Below, one piece after another: positions 31,366 to 39,501 of a stretch of 64,000 bases of DNA (the first letter of the stretch is position 1; every line of letters starts with the position of its first letter). The position numbers and the translations under genes were made by a program. The notes beneath the pieces are model-generated. The model worked only from the letters and a program-made list of their open reading frames with translations. It was not told where the DNA came from and did no database searches. This stretch comes from a virus: IMG/VR virus record IMGVR_UViG_3300034175_000022. The stretch is one strand, 5' to 3'.

Positions 31366-32531
31366 AGCCATACAGTTTCAGTGCCAGCGCACTGAACACC
31401 GCCGAGTTGTGCATGTCTCGGTACCTGCACGAGAACCTCAATCGGTCCAAGGGCGCAGGCAACTCCGCGGCCAACCTGGGTACCTCGGTACACGGGGCAC
31501 TGGAGATGTATGTCAAGAACTGCATCATCGACAACAAGATCAACGCTGGCCTGCAGACGCTGCTGGACTTCTACAAGCTGTCCTACATGGAGACCTTCCG
31601 TGTCTCGGAGTGTGTCGGTCAGGACTACGAGGACGGCAAGGACATGCTGCGCAAGTGGCACGCTCGAACTGACTTCAGCCAGTTCGAGGTGATCTCCTGC
31701 GAGATCAAGGAGTCCTTCCCGATGCCGACGAGCGAGGGTGACATCCCCTTCAACTACATCTGGGATCGGTTCGACAAGATCGGCGAGAACACGTACCGAG
31801 TGGTCGACTACAAGACCAACCGCTGGGGGATCAACCCCGACGACCTGCGATCCAAGATCCAGGCCCGCTGCTACGGACTGGCTGCACAGATCAAGTATCC
31901 GAACGCTGACCGCATCTGGGTCCAGTTTGACATGCTCCGACACGACGGCCCGGTGGGAATCGGCTTCAGTCGAGAGGACAACATCGCCACCTGGAAGTTC
32001 CTCAAGGGGCTCACTCAGAAGATCATCGACACTGACCCCAAGGACGCCCAGGAGACACTAAACCCCGAGTGTGGGTTCTGCGTCAAGCTCACCACCTGCG
32101 GAGCGGCCCGCAAGAACATCGACGCTGGCGGCATCCTGTCCATCGGCTCAGCCGAGAGGGCCATCGACATCCGCGCCGAGCTCGACTACCAGATGAAGGC
32201 AGCCAAGAAGGCGATCGACGCGATCGACGCGATGATCATCGAAGAGGCGAAGGCCACCGAAATCTTCGAGTGGGAGAGCGAGAGCAACAAGATGTTCCTC
32301 GGAGTCTCTCGCAACCGAGCTGTCGATGCCGACATGGCTGAGCGCGTGGTCGGACCTGACATCTTCAACAAGTATGGCGGCAAGTCCCTCTCGATCGCCA
32401 ACGTAGACAAGCTGCTCAAGGACCCAGACCTCACGCCCGAGCAGAAGTCCCAGCTCAGTGGTTTGATCTACAAGAAGGTCGGCGAGGCCCGCGTCAAGAT
32501 CAAGCCCGCGAACCCTGTCCCTGGAGCCTAG
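31362..32531 (+). CDS. PD-(D/E)xK nuclease, Cas4/RecB-like exonuclease
   Basis: DRFDKIG...VVDYKT (D...D/ExK), QARCYGLA (QxxxY), N-terminal C plus C-terminal CGFC...C cluster. Confidence 0.82.
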   Translation: MKPYSFSASALNTAELCMSRYLHENLNRSKGAGNSAANLGTSVHGALEMYVKNCIIDNKINAGLQTLLDFYKLSYMETFRVSECVGQDYEDGKDMLRKWHARTDFSQFEVISCEIKESFPMPTSEGDIPFNYIWDRFDKIGENTYRVVDYKTNRWGINPDDLRSKIQARCYGLAAQIKYPNADRIWVQFDMLRHDGPVGIGFSREDNIATWKFLKGLTQKIIDTDPKDAQETLNPECGFCVKLTTCGAARKNIDAGGILSIGSAERAIDIRAELDYQMKAAKKAIDAIDAMIIEEAKATEIFEWESESNKMFLGVSRNRAVDADMAERVVGPDIFNKYGGKSLSIANVDKLLKDPDLTPEQKSQLSGLIYKKVGEARVKIKPANPVPGA

Positions 32532-32532
32532 C

Positions 32533-33255
32533 ATGAGCAGTGAAATCATCTTCCGTAGCGACCCGAGTGTGGACCTTGTTTCCCATGTAGGATCAGACGC
32601 AAGTGTCGTGGCCGCGGCCCGAGTCAGTGTCGTAGGAGCCGAGGCAGAGCAGTACGAGCAGGCGGATGCCGCCGAGCACACCGGCCTGATTCGATACCTG
32701 ATGAGTCACCGACACGGCACGCCCTTCGAGCACTGCAGTATGACATTCCGCATCGAGGCACCGATCTTCGTGTTTCGAGAGTGGCACCGTCACCGTGTCG
32801 GCTGGTCATACAACGAGATGAGCGGACGCTATAGCCAGCTCGAGCCAGTGTTTCATGTTCCGGCTTCTGATCGACCACTGGTGAACGTCGGAAGCTCGGC
32901 CCGGCCGGTGATGAGACCTGGTAGTCCCGAACAGTATGAGCGATTGAAGCACCGCATGGAGATGACTTACTGGCGTGCATACACTCAATACTTGAGCTCA
33001 CTGCAAGACGGCATCGCCAAGGAGGTAGCTCGTGAGGTGCTGCCGGTGGGTATCTACTCGACCATGTACGCGACGGCCAACGCCAGGTCGATTATGAACT
33101 TCCTGAGTCTGCGGGTCGAGGATGCGGACGCTGCCTACCCGTCCAAGCCACAGTACGAGATCGAACAGGCGGCACTGCTCCTGGAAGAGCACTTCGCTGA
33201 GCACTTTCCGATCACCTACGCGGCGTTCGTTACTGCTGGAAGGGTCGCACCATGA
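32533..33255 (+). CDS. thyX: Flavin-dependent thymidylate synthase ThyX
   Basis: ThyX signature HRHRVGWSYNEMSGRY (RHRxxSxxxxSxR). Confidence 0.93.
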   Translation: MSSEIIFRSDPSVDLVSHVGSDASVVAAARVSVVGAEAEQYEQADAAEHTGLIRYLMSHRHGTPFEHCSMTFRIEAPIFVFREWHRHRVGWSYNEMSGRYSQLEPVFHVPASDRPLVNVGSSARPVMRPGSPEQYERLKHRMEMTYWRAYTQYLSSLQDGIAKEVAREVLPVGIYSTMYATANARSIMNFLSLRVEDADAAYPSKPQYEIEQAALLLEEHFAEHFPITYAAFVTAGRVAP

Positions 33256-33491
33256 GTGAAGTCCCAGAGATGGTAGACCATCCCTCGCACTACAACGAAG
33301 GCCCTCGTCATACTTGTGGCGAGCTGATCGAGTGCATCGACGTTGTCGAGATCATGAGCTTCAATGTCGGAAATGCAGTCAAGTACCTTTGGCGTCAAGG
33401 CAAGAAGGGTGACGCACTCGAAGATCTGAAGAAGGCGCGCTGGTACATCGACCGAGCAATACAGGCAGCTGAACGAGCAGGCCAGTCCTAG
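33252..33491 (+). CDS. DUF3310-family protein
   Basis: HPSHY...ECIDV...GNAVKYLWR.GKK....DL.KA.WY pattern. Confidence 0.82.
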   Translation: MSEVPEMVDHPSHYNEGPRHTCGELIECIDVVEIMSFNVGNAVKYLWRQGKKGDALEDLKKARWYIDRAIQAAERAGQS

Positions 33492-33517
33492 AGCCCGCAC
33501 AGCACCCGCGCATGCCC

Positions 33518-33551
33518 GCACCCCCGGCCCGTCATGATGGGTCGGGGGTGC
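33518..33551. terminator. Hairpin at the convergence point of the two arms (13-bp stem with one G.U)
   Basis: GCACCCCCGGCCC-gtcatgat-GGGTCGGGGGTGC, between the stops at 33491 (+) and 33601 (-). Confidence 0.65.
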
Positions 33552-33600
33552 GCTGTGTGCTCGTGGGCCTATCAACCCGCATGGAACTAGAGAAAGTCCC

Positions 33601-34017
33601 CTAGGGGCGTCGGGGCTCCGGCCCGCAGTCGAACAGCGGCATGATGATGGCCCTCGTGTAGGCACTGATGCGATCACGAGCGAGGCGCGGGTTCGTGGTC
33701 TGAGTTCTCTCGATGTCGGCCAGCGCCTGGTTTGACCCATTGAAGCGATTGAGCACGATGTTCGACTGGACGCATGACTTGTACTGCGTCATCGCTATCG
33801 CTCTCTGCTGCCGCGAGATATCACGCTGCTGGATCTCGATTCTCCACGAGAGCAGCAGCATGCAGGCGACCGTGAAGATGGCGATCACGACCAGCCGCCG
33901 CGTGTTCCTGGTCGCGCCACGACGAGCAGCTTCGGCGGCTTCGGAGACCTCTTCGAAGTTGTAGAAGTACAAGTCTTGTGCGTCCCTGCGCTTCTCGTTC
34001 TCTTCGCTACTTGGCAC
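33601..34017 (-). CDS. Membrane-anchored protein; paralog of the 34007-34363 product
   Basis: One TM segment. Shared Y..C...N ... DCG pattern with its neighbour. Confidence 0.65.
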   Translation of the reverse strand: MPSSEENEKRRDAQDLYFYNFEEVSEAAEAARRGATRNTRRLVVIAIFTVACMLLLSWRIEIQQRDISRQQRAIAMTQYKSCVQSNIVLNRFNGSNQALADIERTQTTNPRLARDRISAYTRAIIMPLFDCGPEPRRP

Positions 34018-34363
34018 GAGGCATCACTCCGCAGTCCAGGACAGTCGTTCGCGAGTTCTCGTAGTTGCTCACACGAGTAGCTTTTTCTCGTGCATCCAGC
34101 ATGTCGTTCGCCTTCACGCTTCGAATGTTCTGTTCGAGCATCGCGTTGACGTTGCGAGCGTTGTTCGCATTGATTATGCACTGCTGGTAGAGCTGCAGCT
34201 CGGTCACCGTGGCGATGTGCCTGACTTCTCTCGTGTTGGCCTCTGAGCGAAAGCCCACACCAAGGAACGCCACAAGAGTGAGTCCAAACATAGCCAGCAG
34301 CTGGTGAGGCGTGAACTGATACGTGTACTGATCACGGTCGCGCCTCAATCTGTGTGGGCTCAT
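34007..34363 (-). CDS. Membrane-anchored protein; paralog of the 33601-34017 product
   Basis: ORF track. TM segment LLAMFGLTLVAFLGVGF. Confidence 0.65.
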   Translation of the reverse strand: MSPHRLRRDRDQYTYQFTPHQLLAMFGLTLVAFLGVGFRSEANTREVRHIATVTELQLYQQCIINANNARNVNAMLEQNIRSVKANDMLDAREKATRVSNYENSRTTVLDCGVMPRAK

Positions 34364-34572
34364 TTGTCACTCTTCTCGTCCAAGGCCTCTTCCTTCTTAT
34401 CCTGCTTGCTCTCGTCGCTACGCAAGAAGGCGGGGAGGCCAACCATTGCTCCGAACAGGATCAGAAGTGTCGGTCGTTCTGCTCTGCCTACAAGCGTCTC
34501 ATAGCCGATTCCAGACAGCCCCCCGAAGAACAGGATCGTGTCTCGTGGGAGCCGACGGGGTATGCGGGCCAC
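34360..34572 (-). CDS. Small two-TM membrane protein
   Basis: ORF track. ATGA coupling downstream. Confidence 0.6.
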   Translation of the reverse strand: MARIPRRLPRDTILFFGGLSGIGYETLVGRAERPTLLILFGAMVGLPAFLRSDESKQDKKEEALDEKSDK

Positions 34573-34575
34573 TGT

Positions 34576-34995
34576 TTATCCCCGTCTGATCGTGGACCTG
34601 GTCGATGCCAGTCGCATGTCCTTTGGAACCTCGACACCGGCTTCCTCGAGGGCCTTCGTCAGCTGGGTGACCCGTGCAATCAGTCTTTCTTGACTGCCTT
34701 CGAGAAGGGTATACATGAACTTCATCTGACTCGCTACCGCCACGACCAACACGGCCAGGGCGAACAGCGTCAAAGACGCTATGATGTAGATTACTCCGAA
34801 GCGTCCTTCTACTGCAAGCATGACGCACACGACCGCCGCGACATACAAGCAGGTCAGCGGACGGACGATGGCGGCGCGAGCAATCGCCTCTAGCGAGGGT
34901 GTGTGGTGCTTGGTCTTGGGCACGAACCTCGTCCTGCCTGATGGGTAATCAGTCTGTGTCATGGAGGGGAAGTGGAGTAGGACACTCATATCCAA
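34576..34995 (-). CDS. Membrane protein (start TTG 34995, or ATG 34989 after GGGGAG)
   Basis: ORF track. Two hydrophobic segments and a C-terminal coiled-coil-like tail. Confidence 0.6.
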   Translation of the reverse strand: MDMSVLLHFPSMTQTDYPSGRTRFVPKTKHHTPSLEAIARAAIVRPLTCLYVAAVVCVMLAVEGRFGVIYIIASLTLFALAVLVVAVASQMKFMYTLLEGSQERLIARVTQLTKALEEAGVEVPKDMRLASTRSTIRRG

Positions 34996-35017
34996 CGCTC
35001 CCCGACACTGGTACGCC

Positions 35018-35689
35018 TCATCCGCCGATGTGGCGTGCAGTGACCGGCCCGACGATGCCGTCTACCTTGAGCTTGTGATTGCGCTGACTCAGCTTCACGG
35101 AGGCGACCGACTTGGGTCCGTAGTGACCGTCGACGATCAGCTTCTGGCCGTACTTGTTCATCCGCAGCTGAAGCGACTTCACGTCATTGCCCCGCATGTC
35201 GGGACGGATGACTCGGACGTACCAGCGCGGAAGGACCGGGGGACGCGGAGTCGCACGCGAAGGCTTGGCTGCAGCTCGCACCAGCCATACGCCCGTCCAG
35301 TGCTCCGCGAAGTTGGAGTGGACGATGCTGACGTGGATGTGCTTGTCGTGCCTGTTGGAGCCGTTGTACTTGCGCGCAGTCCAGCCCCAGGAGCGTGACC
35401 AGATCTTGCCCTTGTGGATGACGTACTGAACGGCGGCGTGGCCGATCAGCGAGTCGAGGACTCGAGCAGCGTCGATGCCGTCGATGTCGATGTCGATGGC
35501 TCGAACGATGCCCGAGTCTGAGCCGTCGCTCCAGTCGGGATTGTGGTCAGACTTGCGAGCACTGTGAGCGGTGTCGCCGATCCAGCCATCCGAGGTGCGG
35601 TCCCTGTTCGGCCACAGGGCGTTGATCTCGTTGCGGTAGTCGACGAGGGAAGGAGCGAGGAAATACTTGCCCTCTGGTGCCTTCGCCAT
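35018..35689 (-). CDS. Endolysin: putative zinc peptidase-type catalytic domain plus C-terminal PG_binding_1 repeat
   Basis: H..RKSDHNPD, AIDID, HDKHIHVS (H/D/H metal-ligand pattern). C-terminus G.DV..LQ...N..G....VDG.YGP.S...V...Q......VDGIVGP.T. Confidence 0.8.
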   Translation of the reverse strand: MAKAPEGKYFLAPSLVDYRNEINALWPNRDRTSDGWIGDTAHSARKSDHNPDWSDGSDSGIVRAIDIDIDGIDAARVLDSLIGHAAVQYVIHKGKIWSRSWGWTARKYNGSNRHDKHIHVSIVHSNFAEHWTGVWLVRAAAKPSRATPRPPVLPRWYVRVIRPDMRGNDVKSLQLRMNKYGQKLIVDGHYGPKSVASVKLSQRNHKLKVDGIVGPVTARHIGG

Positions 35690-35781
35690 CAGTCGTCCTC
35701 CTCGTCCACCGGATCGCCCGCGAGTGACTCGGGGTCGTCGTCGATGGGCTGAGCGAACTCAGGCTTGTCGCGCTCGCTCAC
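35689..35781 (-). CDS. 30-aa highly acidic peptide between the holin and endolysin genes
   Basis: GTGA coupling to the holin stop; its TGA overlaps the endolysin ATG by 1 nt. Too short for the ORF track. Confidence 0.4.
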   Translation of the reverse strand: MSERDKPEFAQPIDDDPESLAGDPVDEEDD

Positions 35782-36206
35782 AGGTCACCACCGACCTGGC
35801 CGACGTTCTCGGCACCCTTGTCGTCGGTCTCGAGGACCGGGCGAGGCCCGATGCCGAAGTTCGAGGTTGCGACGGTCACGGAGCCAGCCACGCCGGTCGG
35901 CTTCCAGAAGCCCTTGTAGGCGACGAGGCTGACGACGAGTGCTCCGATGAGGGTGTTCACGACGGTCTGCCAGCTGACCGGCCCGTCGCCGGGGTTCACC
36001 CACAGGGCGAGGACGGCGACGAGTGCCGAGGCGATCATGTTGACGACTGAGCGCAGCCCGTCCGAGGCAGTCTGCTTCGTGACGGCGCTGACGACGAGCG
36101 GGACGAGCAGGGAGAGCAGGCCAGCGAGAGCCACGGTGTCCACCGTGGTCGAGGCTGCCGTCTCGGTCACCTGTGCGCCGAGTGTGGTGATGACAAACGC
36201 CTGCAT
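35778..36206 (-). CDS. Holin-like multi-TM membrane protein
   Basis: Several hydrophobic segments. First gene after the lysis promoter and adjacent to the endolysin. Confidence 0.65.
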   Translation of the reverse strand: MQAFVITTLGAQVTETAASTTVDTVALAGLLSLLVPLVVSAVTKQTASDGLRSVVNMIASALVAVLALWVNPGDGPVSWQTVVNTLIGALVVSLVAYKGFWKPTGVAGSVTVATSNFGIGPRPVLETDDKGAENVGQVGGDL

Positions 36207-36243
36207 TTCGGACCTCCAGAGTGTCCACTAGGGTACGCAGGGC

Positions 36244-36272
36244 ATCGTAGACCTTTTGACTCCCCGTGTCAA
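36244..36272 (-). promoter_or_regulatory. Lysis-cassette promoter TTGACA-17-TACGAT (read on the - strand)
   Basis: TGTCAA at 36267-36272 and ATCGTA at 36244-36249 on the + strand, with an exact 17-nt spacer. Confidence 0.65.
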
Positions 36273-36295
36273 GCAACCTATGAGTCATACATACG

Positions 36296-36331
36296 AACGC
36301 CCCGCAAGCTTTTATCAGCTTGCGGGGCGTT
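36296..36331 (-). terminator. Perfect 15-bp stem terminator after the tail-fibre genes
   Basis: AACGCCCCGCAAGCT-tttatc-AGCTTGCGGGGCGTT. Confidence 0.7.
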
Positions 36332-36342
36332 CAATCTAAGGC

Positions 36343-39300
36343 TTACGCCTGCGGAACGGGCTTGCCTCCGACTGCGTTCGCATGGGCGGTCAGTGCACTG
36401 ACCAGCGCGACCTCGGCTGCGTTCTCGCCGGGGTAGTGCAGCGGCACATCGTCGTTCGCGTCGGCGACTGCTGCTCCGTGCGTCTGGCCAGTCAGCACCA
36501 GAGTCCAGTGACCCATGAACAGAACGCCGGGGTGCGACTCCACCCAGGAGACGAGGGCTGCCCGCTGGCTGTTGTGCAGCGGAACCTCGGCCATGACGAA
36601 CAGCTTGTTGGCTGCCATCGCCGCGTCGTAGTCCTCCTGGAGGGTGGCGAAGTAGGCAGCATCGAACGCCTTGCCGTAGTACGGGTGAACACCCGCCACA
36701 TCCACCTCGGAGATCGTGAGGCCAGGGTCGTCTGACACCCGAGCCCCGTTCGCCATGAAGCCAGAGGCAAACCAGGAGTTGGGAGATAGCGACTTGACGT
36801 GCTTCGCCAGTGTCGTCATGAACGCCTTGCCGACCACTGCGTTGTTCCCCGGCCCGGCCAGATCGCCGAGCTCGTTACCCATCTCCCAGATCTGGCAGAT
36901 CGGGTCGTTCTTGAGCGCCAGTCCGTCGACCGTGTGATTCATCAGCAGGCTGATCCAGTCGAGCACGTCCTGGATCAGAACCGGGTTCGTGTAGAGCTGC
37001 TGCTCTGCTGACTTCTCGGCTGCGACTCGGTCCGTCCTGTTCTGCCCCGACTTGTCACTGAAGGTCGTGATCCGCAGGTCTGCATCCGTGTCACTGATGT
37101 AGTCAGTCGCAGGTGCGACCCAGGCTGCAGGCGCAGTTGCCCCTGCGTAGATCGCCCAGTCGTCGATCCACATCACGTCTCCGACGGCGGGGGAGGACGT
37201 GAGCTCGACCTGCGGGAGGGCCGTCACGGCACCAACGGGAGCCACTGCGGTGCATGTCACTGTAGTGCCCGTGGCCGAGACAGTAGTGACGGAGGTTCCG
37301 TTCACTCCCGAGATGAACTGCCCAGCCGCATTGAACCAGGTGAGGTGAGCGGACACGTTCGCAGCACCCGCAGTCCGCCTGACGGTAGCAGCGGCGGTGT
37401 AGGTCTGACCCGCCACCACGGGCGCGCCGTTCGCCCCTCCGTCGATGTAGACCCAGGCGTTGGAGGCACTGTTGTAAGTGACCTTCACCGACTTGGTGCC
37501 GTGCGCAGCCCACTCGGTACCGAGAACCACGGTGGGGGGATTCCCTACCGCAACTCCCGTGGAGTAGTACGCCGCCGAGGTCTCTGATTCTGCGGCAGAC
37601 TTCGACCGCAGGAGGTTGAGCGTGGCGGCGGGCTGCGAACCAGCTCGTGCGTGGACGAACCACCAGCGGCCACCGTGGCCCGTCTGGCGGGTTCCATCAC
37701 CCGTGGCGTAGAACCTCCACAGGTCCAGGAAGGGGATCATGAGTCGGACGCCCTTGAGGCGAGCCTGTCGGATCGCGTTGTCGATCGGAGCCCAGGCCGC
37801 CTGATTGATGATGAAGCCAGACGCATCCCGACCTGTGACGACACAGTTGGCCGAGCCGTAGTTCACCCCGAGTGTGGTGGCGCGCACCCAGCCGATTCCC
37901 ATAGCAGAAACGTCTGCGAAAGCCTCGGTCGTCTCGGCCAGAGTCGGGTAGTCCGCCATGACTGGCGAGCCGACCATGTCGTTGTCGTTGTTGCCCAGCC
38001 AGTACGCATTGATCATCGAGGAGCGGTACGTCTGGTTGTTCAGCTTGGCAGTCGAGCCCGAACGAGTCAGCCAGGTCGTGGCCGAGGACGTTGCCGTGCT
38101 TCCGACAGGGCTGAACCTGTACGCCACGGCAGCGGTCACGCCGTTGGCCGGAGCAGTGGTGAAGGTGAAGACCAGGTCGACGTTGTTCGCAGTCAGGACG
38201 AACGGTCCACCGACAGCGTTCACCGACCAGCCCTGCAGCTGGGACGGGATCACGGACCTGCCGTGAGGAACGGTGAACACCTTGGTCGCGCCGTCACCGA
38301 CGAAGTTCGCAGTGTTGTCGAACAGTCCCTCGGCTGCGGTGACGAGACGACCTCTCATCATCCTTCCGCCATCGCATGCGGAGGCGAAGTAGCCGTCCGT
38401 CGTCGGCCCGAAGATCTGCTGCTGGTTGAGCGTACGCACCCCGCCGATCAGTGGGTCACGCCACACCTGCTGGAAGGTGAAGCCGTTGTCCACCGAGACG
38501 TAGATCTCGGCACCGGCTGCCCAGTTCTGCTGCGTCTGAGTCGTCATGACGATGGGAGCGTCAGCCTGGCGACGATTACGGTGCAGGCCGTTGGCGATCA
38601 TCTGCCCTCCGGTCTGCGTGGCCGAGACAGCCACCACCTGCATTGCGCCTGAGACTCGGTAACCATCTCGGGCGATGCGGATCAGACCTGGAGCGTTGTC
38701 CGAACCGAGCAGGATGCAGTCCTTGAACACGCCGATGGGAGTTGACTGGAAGTAGTCTCCACCCTGCCACTCTGGTGCGTTGACGTGAGCCTGCCAGGTG
38801 ACTCCGTGGTCGTCCGAGTAGAGCAGCCCCAGCGAGGTGGCGACATCGGACTGCTTGTCTCCGTACGTCACCCACAGGCGATCCCACCAGGGGTCGTATG
38901 CCGAGGCGTGCAGGTGGAGCGGAGCCACACCAGGGTAGCGCAGGTTGAGGTCGAGGACGACCTGCCAGGTCTGGCCGTAGTCCTCGGTGAAGTACGCCTG
39001 GGTGGCTCTTCCCGTCGTGTTGTCTGCGTTGGCGACGGTCTGCGCCCCGTACTCGTTGGTGATCCCGTACTTGCCAGACGCAGCGCGCACCGCGTTGTCC
39101 CCGAAGGAGAAAGCGTGACCACCGCCCCAATATGCACGGAAGTACCCGGCGTGCGACACGAGACGCTGTGACCACGTCGCCGCAGTGTGCGAGGCTGCCC
39201 AGCCGCTGGAGCGGTACATGTAGCCAGGCGATGAACCTGCGTTCTGGGTCACCACGATTGCCTCGCCATCGTCCAGCTCGACGAGCCCCACCACGGGCTC

Positions 39301-39501
39301 CGCGAAGACCTCGAGGAGCGCCCAGGTCAGTCCATCGTCGGTGGACTGGTAGAGGCTCTTGTAGGCAGTACCACCCTGCGCGTACAGGATCTCCCGGTCC
39401 AGGCTGATACCCACGGGCATGTATCCAGTCGCCGCCAAGCTCACGACGTTGTACCCGAGTACGGGCATCGGGACCGGAGTGATCGGACGAACAGTAGGCA
39501 T
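36343..39501 (-). CDS. Tail fibre/spike protein: N-terminal BNR (sialidase-like) propeller, CBM-like module, clan GH-A (GH5-like) glycoside hydrolase
   Basis: Four Asp-box motifs (STDDGLTW, TEDYGQTW, SDDHGVTW, SVDNGFTF). WEMGNE acid/base-like and FVMAEV nucleophile-like motifs. Confidence 0.8.
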   Translation of the reverse strand: MPTVRPITPVPMPVLGYNVVSLAATGYMPVGISLDREILYAQGGTAYKSLYQSTDDGLTWALLEVFAEPVVGLVELDDGEAIVVTQNAGSSPGYMYRSSGWAASHTAATWSQRLVSHAGYFRAYWGGGHAFSFGDNAVRAASGKYGITNEYGAQTVANADNTTGRATQAYFTEDYGQTWQVVLDLNLRYPGVAPLHLHASAYDPWWDRLWVTYGDKQSDVATSLGLLYSDDHGVTWQAHVNAPEWQGGDYFQSTPIGVFKDCILLGSDNAPGLIRIARDGYRVSGAMQVVAVSATQTGGQMIANGLHRNRRQADAPIVMTTQTQQNWAAGAEIYVSVDNGFTFQQVWRDPLIGGVRTLNQQQIFGPTTDGYFASACDGGRMMRGRLVTAAEGLFDNTANFVGDGATKVFTVPHGRSVIPSQLQGWSVNAVGGPFVLTANNVDLVFTFTTAPANGVTAAVAYRFSPVGSTATSSATTWLTRSGSTAKLNNQTYRSSMINAYWLGNNDNDMVGSPVMADYPTLAETTEAFADVSAMGIGWVRATTLGVNYGSANCVVTGRDASGFIINQAAWAPIDNAIRQARLKGVRLMIPFLDLWRFYATGDGTRQTGHGGRWWFVHARAGSQPAATLNLLRSKSAAESETSAAYYSTGVAVGNPPTVVLGTEWAAHGTKSVKVTYNSASNAWVYIDGGANGAPVVAGQTYTAAATVRRTAGAANVSAHLTWFNAAGQFISGVNGTSVTTVSATGTTVTCTAVAPVGAVTALPQVELTSSPAVGDVMWIDDWAIYAGATAPAAWVAPATDYISDTDADLRITTFSDKSGQNRTDRVAAEKSAEQQLYTNPVLIQDVLDWISLLMNHTVDGLALKNDPICQIWEMGNELGDLAGPGNNAVVGKAFMTTLAKHVKSLSPNSWFASGFMANGARVSDDPGLTISEVDVAGVHPYYGKAFDAAYFATLQEDYDAAMAANKLFVMAEVPLHNSQRAALVSWVESHPGVLFMGHWTLVLTGQTHGAAVADANDDVPLHYPGENAAEVALVSALTAHANAVGGKPVPQA

